From contig CAKVLS010000001.1 in assembly GCA_934757865.1 (NCBI GenBank), positions 4,027 through 68,026 on the forward strand: a DNA stretch of 64,000 nt. The letters are read 5' to 3'. Within the stretch, counting starts at the first letter, position 1, and each line of letters starts with the position of its first letter. Position numbers and translations under genes: made by a program. This document shows positions 33,101-38,921 of the stretch, in pieces. Source of the DNA: an uncultured Clostridia bacterium. Its GTDB lineage: Bacteria > Bacillota > Clostridia > Christensenellales > UBA1242. The notes under the pieces were generated by a model, which ran no database searches, was not told the origin of the DNA, and was given only the letters and a program-made list of their open reading frames with translations.

Positions 33101-34455
33101 GTCTAGTTGGTAGAGGACACAATACTCAAATAGCTGATGTTACAGTAGAAGCTAATATGGTAGGCTATTCTAGATATAACTGCTATGTTGGTGGTATAGC
33201 TGGAAGCTTGACTTATGGTAAAGCAAGCGAGAACGAAGGTTTGACAGCTTCTGTAACTAATGTAAAAGTTATTACAAAAGAGTCTCAAGGAACAGAAAGC
33301 TCTGAAGTCTTGATTCCTAAAGAATATCGTTTAGAAAACGGCTTTGGACTTGACGAAGTTCTAACAGGCGCTACACAAGATAATGCTATAGGCGTTAATA
33401 TTGGTGGCTTCTCTAATGCAGGCAATAGCTATGTCGGTGGTATCGTTGGTTATATTGCTGGTAAATATACTAAGACATACCAAACTCAAGCTGTTATCCG
33501 CAAGGCTTTGAATAGAGCAAATGTTGTATCTTATACACATAGCGATATATCTAGAACATATAATGGCGGTATCGCAGGTTATATGACAGAGAACTCACTT
33601 CTAGAAATAACCGAAAACATTGGCAGACTAAAATCTGCAACTTACGGATTTGATTATATCGGTGGTATAGCTGGTATGGTAGACGGCGGTTCTGAGATAA
33701 TCAACTCTGTAAACAAAGGCGAATTAGAGTGTAGCCAATTTGCATCAGTACTATCTTATAGCGGTGGTATCGGTGGATATTTGAGAGGCGGTTCTAATGT
33801 TTCTTATAGTGCCAATGTTGGTACATCTTATAAGAATGTAGATTCTACTAAGATATTCTCAGCAGGAGCATTTGGATATGTAGAAAAAGATGTTACAGGT
33901 ACAATGCCAGTTGTTAAGTATGTAGTATTTAGCGATAATACTGATTGCTACAAGTTTGATGGCGAAAATTCTATCGGCTACTATGGTGATGGAGAACTTA
34001 CTCCAGCCGAAGAAGGTCAATTTACTATACTATGTATTACAAGCATGCAAGATACTACTATTGCAGGTATATTTGATACAAGCATCTGGAACTTAGTAAC
34101 TCAAGATGTTGACTATAACACTAGATACTCTCTAGAGTTTGACGCAACACTTCTAGCAGCTTACTATGTACAAGAAACAGATGGTATTAAATCATACGCT
34201 CCAATAGGCCCTGGTGCTAGCTTACCTGTTGGTACAGAGATTATCCTTGTTATCAAGTCAAACGACGACTTGGCTAATAAGCGTATAGTTATAAAAGTTG
34301 ACGGCGTAGATGTAGCTCGTGAGGCAACACTATGTGCAGTTATCGGTGGAGGAACTATTACTATAGATACTTCTGAAGGCGCAGTTAATAATGCTATTAG
34401 CATTAGATTGCCAGCTAACGGAATGACTGACATCTCTGTTACAACAAAAGCTTAA
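18109..34455 (+). CDS. giant lipoprotein (5,448 aa): N-terminal lipobox, Ig-like domains, six GLUG-like beta-helix modules, small C-terminal beta-rich domain
   Basis: Uninterrupted ORF with SD and promoter. N-terminus MKKFFSILFIFCLGFLGLLAGC is a signal peptide plus L-A-G-C lipobox (Cys22 = nt 18172-18174). It has recurring cap motifs and GG-x-x-G coils. TAA at 34453-34455 is followed by a terminator. Confidence 0.93.
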   Translation: MKKFFSILFIFCLGFLGLLAGCNEDRYGNLTITIATEQERAEDGSITLYVGDEPEDITVTMGGIPSNFNVVPSFSLSENIVKIGEVNHMLDNGVRKTIEGIAPGYTVLTAYTSEGLKSASLKINVIKKAESISANSDYKLAVIRRPGFSTKIDTNEAISILPKDSNQNTIKYTLATEGLTDIISLRDNTITVLEGANLSAEKEFQIKAEVVNHKGEVNEDVEPTYLNVRILDDITEDNIKLYQSQTQNPPVNALNPIENTLILSKNYVENNITYVFIAVKTTETIGVSAPENTNASPVLVSFVQKFTSAGYQFFEYRLQAIRYSQETTLKFGVYVEGYSDAYTFETDIKVECQLYIKNFAVNDVTLADGVKHSITLYTNEQTSGAKLKIAVSNPREILASDARFSVALYNVETGEMVNYDNISNYFSITNIVNNSRLNDGWYMKEVTFNVRLQAGNLDVDDSGKYELVITSERPLMYATKATTSVLINIVEGIKSIDNISYDGEVHDNEPIRLRYEKDAEPLEVTLNATPENATAFETLYATSSNSSIVRVEKVGTYSNKFRIYPVKVGEADVVFGSKNLTSTLIYRVSVYDDIDDFYVSIDEFSQSKYIGKSTVSGYNLTSAVIKVNDASSSSAEIRLNINAIPATAQYYTIKYEVKKVGQTENLASDGTYIYDDYFRLNTRKNTFQFIKHNANDKYLVTVTLENYDGSFTTKQFEVSSYIPITYINMTLTQDVLYNPNNLSYFDLNNAAKSYTKTQATISVNRDATYGYKENIFYEVVVDGAVNENILLRTDNLFELNKDFKIDSYPKKVYITAYALEFGEKRVEVTKQITIHNPVTVEDMAVEGDINGDILYFKLGVDNTKDIKVTVNPSVNLFNGNIKWVQYAEGTTTVLDFADNGSGLMTAVDTENAIFSVEAHGNNRFTISAKKAGNARLILIPEDKIKEVNGSKYIYNWDKAIELFVQVADGSKENPYHVANLQDFRAIQNAMDKYYVLTSNIVAEDNWSPLGLDTLTPLTGGIKGLYSRVIDAAAGTKYTVQYEISNVSYATSMPTGQQYFGLIYQLGSVDALDAELDHIVVNYSYIQAEFNSNLTFGGLVAVNYGNILNSKVTMNNIAVGISGLATDFGGLVGKNYGTIDNSEVDNSVNLNATITIKNGVTPVNIIALNIGGLVGNAVSGTLNGCQKDYTENIARNVSFGDQGYDINVSIKVLAEDTLDVSLKDKIAVGGVCGKITNTNSTKVFVNDFAVTGSITADTANNVGGIVGKISAEKYKDKTEESIGVNLFNCLSNARVTGYINVGGVVGYAINANISYCSAENYRDTQTTRRPFVTGSSYVGGFAGYVGSSNIDHSYFVTYFENAEGFNSDSVSENNSDIIATGDAAFVGGFIASIELSDENIITSAAFIGNIYVQTADKSNTSGFVGWYNGTGQITNIVVRGWGSQGISSTRGTSSAVITGNYYSTFNNPTVVASINEVFDKNGSFTDESIWKTTRTINNNLPYLIDGQGNILFAFLPININVDIIKNGEGLTPDKEDSIRNDGYIALDDPNKVVVLYLNELNSGALTAEQLLALNTYKITSFAHITIDPLTLKTLRLTISSNNNTVVRIENDKLIVLKEGYARITIASKLNADYKAEFIVVVKRGFNDYGLYESSNMTAETIVKDNIDEPVKIIVNKVQALYEKASYDRTVDGNKYSLITSSDVYVKYTLESDDYVDAFIINTNWQRTDGNPYTEVHINNLTSIFAKAVLKKRNAQGQDVNVGPIKVTAVPFVNYTYFGTTYTYVYDYLTYNFYVEIFNGASNISFESNSTNVEITQLQSFIYGVIMDTDTIEDEIKYYVEYNGKIVDLNASTEESMINLTKNAVTNETIFGEDGISVKGKYNKFTVSFENSTEVIKENKVFKIIYYSALVPTIKATMTITVVPQNIVSADIGLYSNKDTYNKNKDGTETFIFNAQVALLTVEIYPDFSKFDRFDITYTSSNGTSLSINQLKYNKNATETDDPFTDYKDSGSQYIIGYGMKVAKASGQEPLLGSDSGIYSYSKIYYFSLLIGSNVPDLTVYTVNLTFFSDNEVVEPRNISYTFRSLSAPTLSLGVKDESLKGLLPLGTKNELNVIASNFTGDIEWKAEIEVGNSSAPIKCADGENCGKCITCLNKNYALLESLIPTQDADGKYYLTIPADNFELIGKRIKITASITKSENNETFNKTESMFVDVTLFTVTGMEVEGLSQDMLKLPIYTPYALKTTLSAVYSEDVKYENYAGNTGNYTIANLIAKLKEQISMADVWNLVLESSTDEEETPSTLQKLVKNSSILYNAAFECISYGDYFALYGSTVDIISTLRAVANITYVDGIPTFVTDGTGTTYSKQFNCAFTYQNDIKNPIPISSQEEFEAMEEGKDYRLVKDILLKDYTPLDTRILSLDGNGYTIYISSFADDLVTTNIGLFSAIQAADSTQEATMIYNVKVYYLQNTVVTETVAEGGNIVESYSVPNIRNHVELNILAHSSYNFGGIAGVNNGIITNCEVNGLIVINIDNDILTESYVGGLAGQNAGYITNSKVYDFSLSAAGNIGGVAGINTKTISSTFTDEIDINNYSTNTQLFYTGGFVCENDDDALILECYTQGRRSERDVTFVNTYNSLVTSGTAGGFAYRNSGKITDCYSNICINASAFSAGFIFLNEDDAVIDKCYSISRVAFNSRAASPFTGIGKSGGVTVSYSGTISNCYFLTDRYNVFSNEPASPLSQREFNSSSSFNGYNFRYNTSDPKEAEGYTWYIAEGRPRLAQTDIATYSRYIYAGKSKNYVANSEVYFKYKEDAHKWYAYNAQTGYDTSKEMVISRRATTIFYEKVKGTDVLRYYFKKALGADGKQLYKEDNGVQYALYEIDDPDLTGNTYFLNSDKTRMLYNGVGVDVVDKAIDITLACYDEIYTEENGNVQVGTDGGEGKSLWKNISTDEICYYINDSKRPYITPNEGSIATDSIRYIDSIDIISVLYKDGDSSSLVDLSVDDNGQCDFTYIKTADELGIAASGTVPYINLYYGGGYSYRKLDSVIYKYANGDGEVMGSKTNPYLIYDTVSYNTYFKDKFNGNTSLSDANRREYYRLVADIDFGFKQISTSNRILFGYVEGNGMTIKNITLTYVSGDEETTAFGLFAESFDSIVNNLTLNIIEIASSAHTYVGGLVGRARTDYTTIDSKAMFNGYEIQNFDGVPSYLKRNYFNNIVISKVDENSTTLTNTGLVLGRNFVGGLVGFMTGNTRINNIDVNINVNSVYVQDATTAGKYNTYQRLEDGDDSSNIKALFDNTEDLNGKNNEEVNYYLNRRLSYAGLVVGVLDTDAPTNEDKGNIEGYNANALFVHDKFTAAGFVIGGVIGLIANDYNIVQNINVTLEEEQSIRGTLYTGGLVGENRGQITTSTIAYETDKENEIAPVSSARVNTTFFNNNMPTVAIGGLVGFNNGGKIYSSISHVDVRNPLATIAGGAVGRSIKGEYNKVLVSGSVRAKSIMGGFTGTVNSSSIYTGKTGIGRKEQADVYPNDGSDIGEDKWVPINSTIADVYVSCIAANNWLLDDYPYLTEKKSVKRVAGGFIGSEALTTEYFRNLDNTDIKIAAIKTEFTKIYSSITGSFYTYSLYYGSTGETVAPASYMPVAYISAFDDVKLFTSKYDENEENYDMYQYLYPYLAVNTLNRSDANTLVGMTHYEIAYGTVTEYTGDNLTLNNETTPTTAKYKIGLETDFDVKSNQYINRISKTYANKALTENRTTNTLYYEYTGLKENARQNATTLIIERDDLGKITSKKLEVVEKYNIYSAFASDDDFDINADTFYNSLSSETRSMYPKIKINTVGLSWNNYAGTEFSKDEEGYFLIESAKDLATLASAVNGSKTYTEEGSTKSYSTAKYRLVSDIDISGKEWTAIGGNGISFGGEFDGNYHTIRGVLSNKISTFIYSGIFGYVKDATIKNLTCVGGTVTGDFVGGIIGSAENSKIIGCTNSNTVIGNYSAGGIVGLSFESVITNCYNRGKISINEKDTTYTDSYVGGIVGKSSKDTITYSGVLDNAKVVNSGDIEVTNNKTSYTSSIEKKGSIFVGGFVGYMNGGSFNVSSKQYIYNEGNITVDSNAHKMYIGGAFGRMITAGFETAISTDYGVAYIRNNGNITVDDSNVFTTSNSSDYYVTKLEGRSGTESDLAIAYVGIGGVIGSYYFTSAVNKEFGRVGLLANNGDIFFDNQKSSKCIGGVGGVIGSIDSIKTYIDQSYNTGKVEVRVNAGKTNINLGVGGILGFALGEKGMSALNISSISNCYNMGNISSNGNGGVWSGGIFGLAGTTSDGQYVLGDGGEILSNDASYTLADLTVVDVSYCYNTGSITGANDNLYGKGALLGYGAGVNCGESGSAHYNYYLVGSADYAFATFAKNIDASTGVETETSNYRVDAPNNYSQRTSNTLKLDEENVGVGYLLENGVWIQEVTTWYPTLKANYEVLYWNDNYEPLSVEGESFIIDSAEKLAYLSYAVNKGILSTQNAKFVLKDNIDMANRYFTPIGNTDFAFRGEFNGSGYSIKNITINAGSALNITDSENIDNQLSIGSLFGFINGGKIKNTGLVSPIISDVDYASGFAYSMSNGSEMQYCYLDSFEITDPDAVKALKGSNSVKLYKEGNISGYKMVAGFANMLNSSNISRSYVNVNIGTRVGNSGSYKGYLAGFVNEVTDSMIQDSYVGQGINNDSLYSYETTDNLVSSDITSSYMFNKTINKENGRLITSNGLIVGGDSGEACTSVVHTFNLSPTIYVRGYNSSYENINSSTASVSTSISNTTNISPTSDNLEKDGWDVINVWSYEYSLLGDISGNDEYPATIRGLGQNWYNTECVDLDLKNVVGDSITKRDSVDITGNRSLFIYYEVSTPEQLAWISRMVNTGKLNGKDSAGNQYVIKLMNDIDLQGRTWTPIGTLDYPFGCKFDFNGYDISNLIMDTTNINFAGLFGYTNGAYITGGSISNEYINIEFTDEDANNQAIIKSLYVGGLVGRGHNTQIADVTVEANMVGYSRYNCYVGGIAGSLTYGKASENEGLTASVTNVKVITKESQGTESSEVLIPKEYRLENGFGLDEVLTGATQDNAIGVNIGGFSNAGNSYVGGIVGYIAGKYTKTYQTQAVIRKALNRANVVSYTHSDISRTYNGGIAGYMTENSLLEITENIGRLKSATYGFDYIGGIAGMVDGGSEIINSVNKGELECSQFASVLSYSGGIGGYLRGGSNVSYSANVGTSYKNVDSTKIFSAGAFGYVEKDVTGTMPVVKYVVFSDNTDCYKFDGENSIGYYGDGELTPAEEGQFTILCITSMQDTTIAGIFDTSIWNLVTQDVDYNTRYSLEFDATLLAAYYVQETDGIKSYAPIGPGASLPVGTEIILVIKSNDDLANKRIVIKVDGVDVAREATLCAVIGGGTITIDTSEGAVNNAISIRLPANGMTDISVTTKA

Positions 34456-34492
34456 CTTTTGATAGCTTATTGTTAAACTAAATGTTTAATAA

Positions 34493-34524
34493 AAAAAGAC
34501 ACAAGAAATTGTGTCTTTTTTTTG
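34493..34524 (+). terminator. rho-independent terminator of giant gene 2
   Basis: Stem aagacacaa (34496-34504) / ttgtgtctt (34509-34517), gaaa loop, T6 tract, flanked upstream by an A-tract. Confidence 0.85.
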
Positions 34525-34943
34525 TTTCAATTTTAATTTCAATTCTTATATTTATTTCTATTTTATAAGTTGCCAATTAAATGCGGTATTATCTTGCTAT
34601 CATCTGTACGGATACATATATAACAGCTATATAAACAATAGCCATCTTTATATAAGATAAATAATATATATTATATAATATTATATATAGTATTTGTTAA
34701 CGGCTGAGAGTTTTTAACTGTTATAAGTATTATAAATTTTTTGACGGCTGAACAAATAGATGCCACTTAGTCTTAATAGAGGAGTGGTAGGGCTATTGAT
34801 ATTTTATGCGTCTTTAATTGGTTTTGCGGCGTGCTATAACAAAATTTGGCAATAAAAAACCGCCTATTTGTGTGGGCGGCTAAAGTATTTTGTAATTTGT
34901 CAAGCAAAATGGGTAAAATTGTCAAAAAAATATGAAAAAATCA

Positions 34944-34972
34944 TTGACTTATTGACATATAGATGCTAAAAT
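34944..34972 (+). promoter_or_regulatory. candidate rpoBC promoter (extended -10)
   Basis: TTGACT (34944-34949), 17 nt, TGcTAAAAT (TG 34964-34965, hexamer 34967-34972). This implies a ~180-nt leader before rpoB. Confidence 0.5.
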
Positions 34973-35154
34973 AAAGCTTGCATTATATTGGATAATTGTC
35001 TTTATGGGCATTTTTCTTGAAATTTTACTTGTAAGTAATATTACAATATCATACTTTTGGAGTAGCTGGCAAGTATTTTTAAGATGTTTTATAAAAATTT
35101 TCACAAAGACCACTTATTCAACAAATACAATTTAATATGATTAAAGGAGCCTAT

Positions 35155-38100
35155 ATGGTACAGTCTAAACCTAGCATTAAAAATGTTATGTACGGTAAAG
35201 TAGAAAGAAAGAACTTTGCGAAAATCTCAGAGCCTATTGAGATGCCTTATCTACTTGATGTACAAAAAGAAGCCTACAAACAATTTTTGGAAAAAGGCAT
35301 CGGCGAAATCCTAGAGGAGTTTTCACCAATTACTGATTATAGTAACAAGGCAGAGATTTATTTTACCAATTATACCCTAGACCAAACTAGCAAATATACT
35401 CGTGAGGAGTGTATTAGAAAGGGTGTTACATATTCAGTAGCTCTAAAAGCAAGAGCAAGACTAGTAAGAAAAGAGGACGGAGAAGTAATCGAGCAAGATG
35501 TATTCCTTGGCGATGTTCCTCTTATGACTGAAGAAGGCTCTTTTATTTTTAACGGTATCCAAAGAGTAGTTGTCAGCCAAATCGTAAGATCTCCATCAGC
35601 TTACTTTGAGACAGAGCAAGATGATAAGACTGGTAAATGGCTATACAAAGGCACTATCATACCTACAAGAGGTACTTGGATCGAAGTAGAGCAAAATGTT
35701 AACGATTTACTAAAAGTAGTTGTTGATAGAAGTGCAAAAGTATCTTTTGGTGTATTCCTAAAGTGCTTTGGCTACAACGCTGTAGAAATTGCAGAGATGT
35801 TTGGTAACGATCCACTTGTTATCAATACTTTGTCAAAAGAAACTCAACTTACTCAAGAAGACGCTTTGATTGAGTTTGCTAAAAAGACAAGACCTGCAGA
35901 TATCCCATCAGCAGAAGCTACTCGTACATTTATTAACGATTTGTTCTTCTCACATAGATATTATAACCTAGCTCGTGTTGGTAGATACAAACTTGACAAA
36001 AAGCTATCTATCGCAACAAGAATCACTGGCGAAACTGCATTTAACGACATCGTAATAGGCAAAAAAGTCGTTGTTGCAAAAGGCGAAAGAATTGAAGCCG
36101 ATGTAGCTAGACAAATCCAAGAAGCTGGTATCAACGAAGTATGGGTAAGAGCAAGAGATAACAAAGGCGCTTTCCGTACAGAAGGTACAGAGTTCGTTGG
36201 ACACAAAGTTGTTGGTAACAACAGAGTTCATTTGTCATCTTTCTTTAAGTGTGACGAAGAGGCTCTTGGTATCAAAGAGATGGTTCACTATCCAACTTTG
36301 CAAAAGATTTTGAAAGAGAACAAAACTCAAGAAGAAAGAGAAGATGCTATAAGAGAGAATGCAAAGGCTCTTATGAGCATGCAACTTACAATGGACGATA
36401 TTATAGCTACATTTAGCTATCACCTAGGACTAAACAATGGTATAGGTCAAATAGATAATATCGACCACCTAGCTAATAGAAGAATAGCTTCTGTCGGCGA
36501 ACTAATGGCAGGAGCATTTAGAAGTGGTGTTAACAAGCTAGCAAGTGTTATCAAAGAGACTTTGCAAGCACAAGACTTGTCAACAATCAACCCATCTTCA
36601 ATCATCAATGCAAGACCTATCAACAAGGCTTTGAAAGATTTCTTAGCAAGTTCACAGTTGTCACAACTTATGGATCAAGTTAACCCAATCAGTGAGTTAA
36701 CTCAAAAGAGAAAAATGTCAGCCGTAGGTCCTGGCGGTGTTAAGAAAGAAAGAGCAACTGCAGAAGTTCGTGATATTCACTATTCACACTATGGCAGAAT
36801 CTGCGCACTAGAAACACCAGAAGGCCAAGGTATCGGTCTTATCACTTCTATTGCAACTTATGCAAAAATTAATGAATACGGTTTCCTTCTATCTCCATAT
36901 AGAGTAGTAGACAAAGAAAAAGGTGTTGTAACTGATAAAGTTGTTTACCTAATGGCCGATGAAGAAGAAAATTGCTATATGGCACAAGCTATTGAGCCAC
37001 TTGACGAAGAGGGCAGATTTATCAATAAGAGAATTATTTGCCGTCACAGAGATACTGTTGTAGAAGTTCCTTCTAGCCAAATCGACTATGTCGATGTCAG
37101 CCCAAGACAATTTATCTCTGCCGCTACATGCCTAATCCCATTCCTAGCTAACGACGATACAGCCCGTGCAATGATGGGTTCTAACATGCAACGTCAGGCA
37201 GTGCCTCTACTAACTACCGAGTCACCTATGATTGGTACTGGTATTGAGTACAAGATCGCAGTTGATAGCGGTGCTATGATCCTTGCAAAAAATCCTGGTT
37301 TCGTTTCTTATGTTTCAGGTACTGAAATAAGAGTTAAGAACGATAACGGAGATACAGATACATATAGACTTACTAAGTTTGCAAAAACTAACCAAGATAC
37401 ATGTATCAACCAAAAACCTGCTGTAGTTAAAGGTCAAAGAGTAGAAAAAGGCGACACAATCGCAGATGGTTTCTCTACCCAAAACGGCGAACTTGCCCTA
37501 GGTAAAAATATGGTTATCGCATATATGAACTGGGAAGGTTACAACTACGAGGACGCTATTCTAATTTCTGAAAGAATAGTTAAAGAAGATATATTTACTT
37601 CTATCACTTTGAAGGTAGAAGATATCAAAGCTAGAGCAACTAAACTTGGTGATGAAGAGATTACAAGAGATATCCCTAACCTAAGTGAAGATGCTCTTAA
37701 GAACCTAGACGAAAATGGTATCATTAGAGTTGGTGCTGAAGTAAGACCTGGCGATATCCTTGTTGGTAAAGTTACTCCAAAGGGCGAAACAGAGCTTACC
37801 CCAGAAGAAAGACTACTAAGAGCTATCTTTGGCGAAAAGGCTAGAGAAGTAAGAGATACATCACTTCGTGTACAACACGGACATGGCGGTATAGTTGTTG
37901 ATGTTCAAGTATTTACAAGAAAGAACAAAGACGAACTAGAGCCAGGCGTTAACACTATGGTAAAAGTCTTTGTTGCTCAAAAGCGTAAGCTTTCTGTCGG
38001 CGATAAAATGGCTGGACGTCATGGTAACAAAGGTGTTGTTTCTAGAGTATTACCAGAAGCTGATATGCCATTTATGGGCAACGGCAGACCTGTAGATATC

Positions 38101-38907
38101 GTTCTTAACCCACTAGGTATCCCTAGCCGTATGAACGTAGGACAGGTTCTAGAAGTTCTACTTGGCAAAGTAGCAAAAGCTCTTGATTGGAAGGTTGCAG
38201 TTCCAGTATTCGACTGCGCTAACGAAAAAGATATTTTTGCTTTGCTTAACGAATATAAACCAGAAATTGATGCTTGCTACGGAAAAGATACAACTGATGT
38301 TGTAGATGGCAAGATGACATTATATGATGGCAGAACAGGTGAGCCATTTGAAAACCGTGTTACAGTCGGCGTAATGTATATGATTAAGCTAGACCACATG
38401 GTTGATAGTAAGATGCATGCTCGTTCTACCGGACCTTACTCACTAGTTACTCAACAACCTCTTGGCGGTAAAGCTATGTTTGGTGGTCAAAGATTTGGTG
38501 AGATGGAAGTTTGGGCGCTAGAAGCATACGGCGTATCTAAACTACTACAAGAGATGCTAACTGTAAAATCTGATGATGTTACAGGCAGAAATAGAACATA
38601 CGAAGCAATCGTAAAAGGTCAACCTATTGTTGAACCTGGCGTTCCAGAGTCATTTAAGGTACTTGTAAAAGAGCTTCAAAGTTTGTGTCTAGATATTAGA
38701 ATTCTTAACGAGAACAAACAAGAGATACCTATCGATGACCTTAACAAAGATTACGATGAGCCTGTTCCTTTCAATCCTCCAAAAGAAAAAGTGGACGAAG
38801 GTGAAGAAATAGACATTGTTCCAGAAACCGAAGAAACTGAAGAGTCAAATGACGAAGTATTCGAGAACTTTGACGAAGACAGTTTGTTTGATGATATTGA
38901 TGAATAA
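35155..38907 (+). CDS. rpoB: DNA-directed RNA polymerase subunit beta
   Basis: Unmistakable RpoB translation along its whole length. AAAGGAG SD at 35143-35149 favours ATG 35155 over the tracked upstream ATG 35137. Acidic C-terminal tail. Confidence 0.97.
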   Translation: MVQSKPSIKNVMYGKVERKNFAKISEPIEMPYLLDVQKEAYKQFLEKGIGEILEEFSPITDYSNKAEIYFTNYTLDQTSKYTREECIRKGVTYSVALKARARLVRKEDGEVIEQDVFLGDVPLMTEEGSFIFNGIQRVVVSQIVRSPSAYFETEQDDKTGKWLYKGTIIPTRGTWIEVEQNVNDLLKVVVDRSAKVSFGVFLKCFGYNAVEIAEMFGNDPLVINTLSKETQLTQEDALIEFAKKTRPADIPSAEATRTFINDLFFSHRYYNLARVGRYKLDKKLSIATRITGETAFNDIVIGKKVVVAKGERIEADVARQIQEAGINEVWVRARDNKGAFRTEGTEFVGHKVVGNNRVHLSSFFKCDEEALGIKEMVHYPTLQKILKENKTQEEREDAIRENAKALMSMQLTMDDIIATFSYHLGLNNGIGQIDNIDHLANRRIASVGELMAGAFRSGVNKLASVIKETLQAQDLSTINPSSIINARPINKALKDFLASSQLSQLMDQVNPISELTQKRKMSAVGPGGVKKERATAEVRDIHYSHYGRICALETPEGQGIGLITSIATYAKINEYGFLLSPYRVVDKEKGVVTDKVVYLMADEEENCYMAQAIEPLDEEGRFINKRIICRHRDTVVEVPSSQIDYVDVSPRQFISAATCLIPFLANDDTARAMMGSNMQRQAVPLLTTESPMIGTGIEYKIAVDSGAMILAKNPGFVSYVSGTEIRVKNDNGDTDTYRLTKFAKTNQDTCINQKPAVVKGQRVEKGDTIADGFSTQNGELALGKNMVIAYMNWEGYNYEDAILISERIVKEDIFTSITLKVEDIKARATKLGDEEITRDIPNLSEDALKNLDENGIIRVGAEVRPGDILVGKVTPKGETELTPEERLLRAIFGEKAREVRDTSLRVQHGHGGIVVDVQVFTRKNKDELEPGVNTMVKVFVAQKRKLSVGDKMAGRHGNKGVVSRVLPEADMPFMGNGRPVDIVLNPLGIPSRMNVGQVLEVLLGKVAKALDWKVAVPVFDCANEKDIFALLNEYKPEIDACYGKDTTDVVDGKMTLYDGRTGEPFENRVTVGVMYMIKLDHMVDSKMHARSTGPYSLVTQQPLGGKAMFGGQRFGEMEVWALEAYGVSKLLQEMLTVKSDDVTGRNRTYEAIVKGQPIVEPGVPESFKVLVKELQSLCLDIRILNENKQEIPIDDLNKDYDEPVPFNPPKEKVDEGEEIDIVPETEETEESNDEVFENFDEDSLFDDIDE

Positions 38908-38921
38908 GGAGAAAAGTTTAG

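Noticed and set aside
34408-34422. LPANG near the C-terminus of giant protein 2, as a possible sortase (LPXTG-like) signal.
   Set aside because: Only 10 polar residues follow it (MTDISVTTKA). There is no hydrophobic helix or basic tail, and the fourth position is not Thr.
34100-35136. Diversity-generating retroelement or invertible-promoter control of the giant surface proteins.
   Set aside because: There is no reverse transcriptase or recombinase gene in the window. I saw no template/variable repeat pair between the gene 3' ends and the spacers, and no inverted repeats flanking the gene 2 promoter.
35137-35154. Upstream ATG 35137 as the rpoB start (ORF-track start).
   Set aside because: The AAAGGAG SD at 35143-35149 lies inside that extension and is positioned for ATG 35155. 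I cannot fully exclude 35137.
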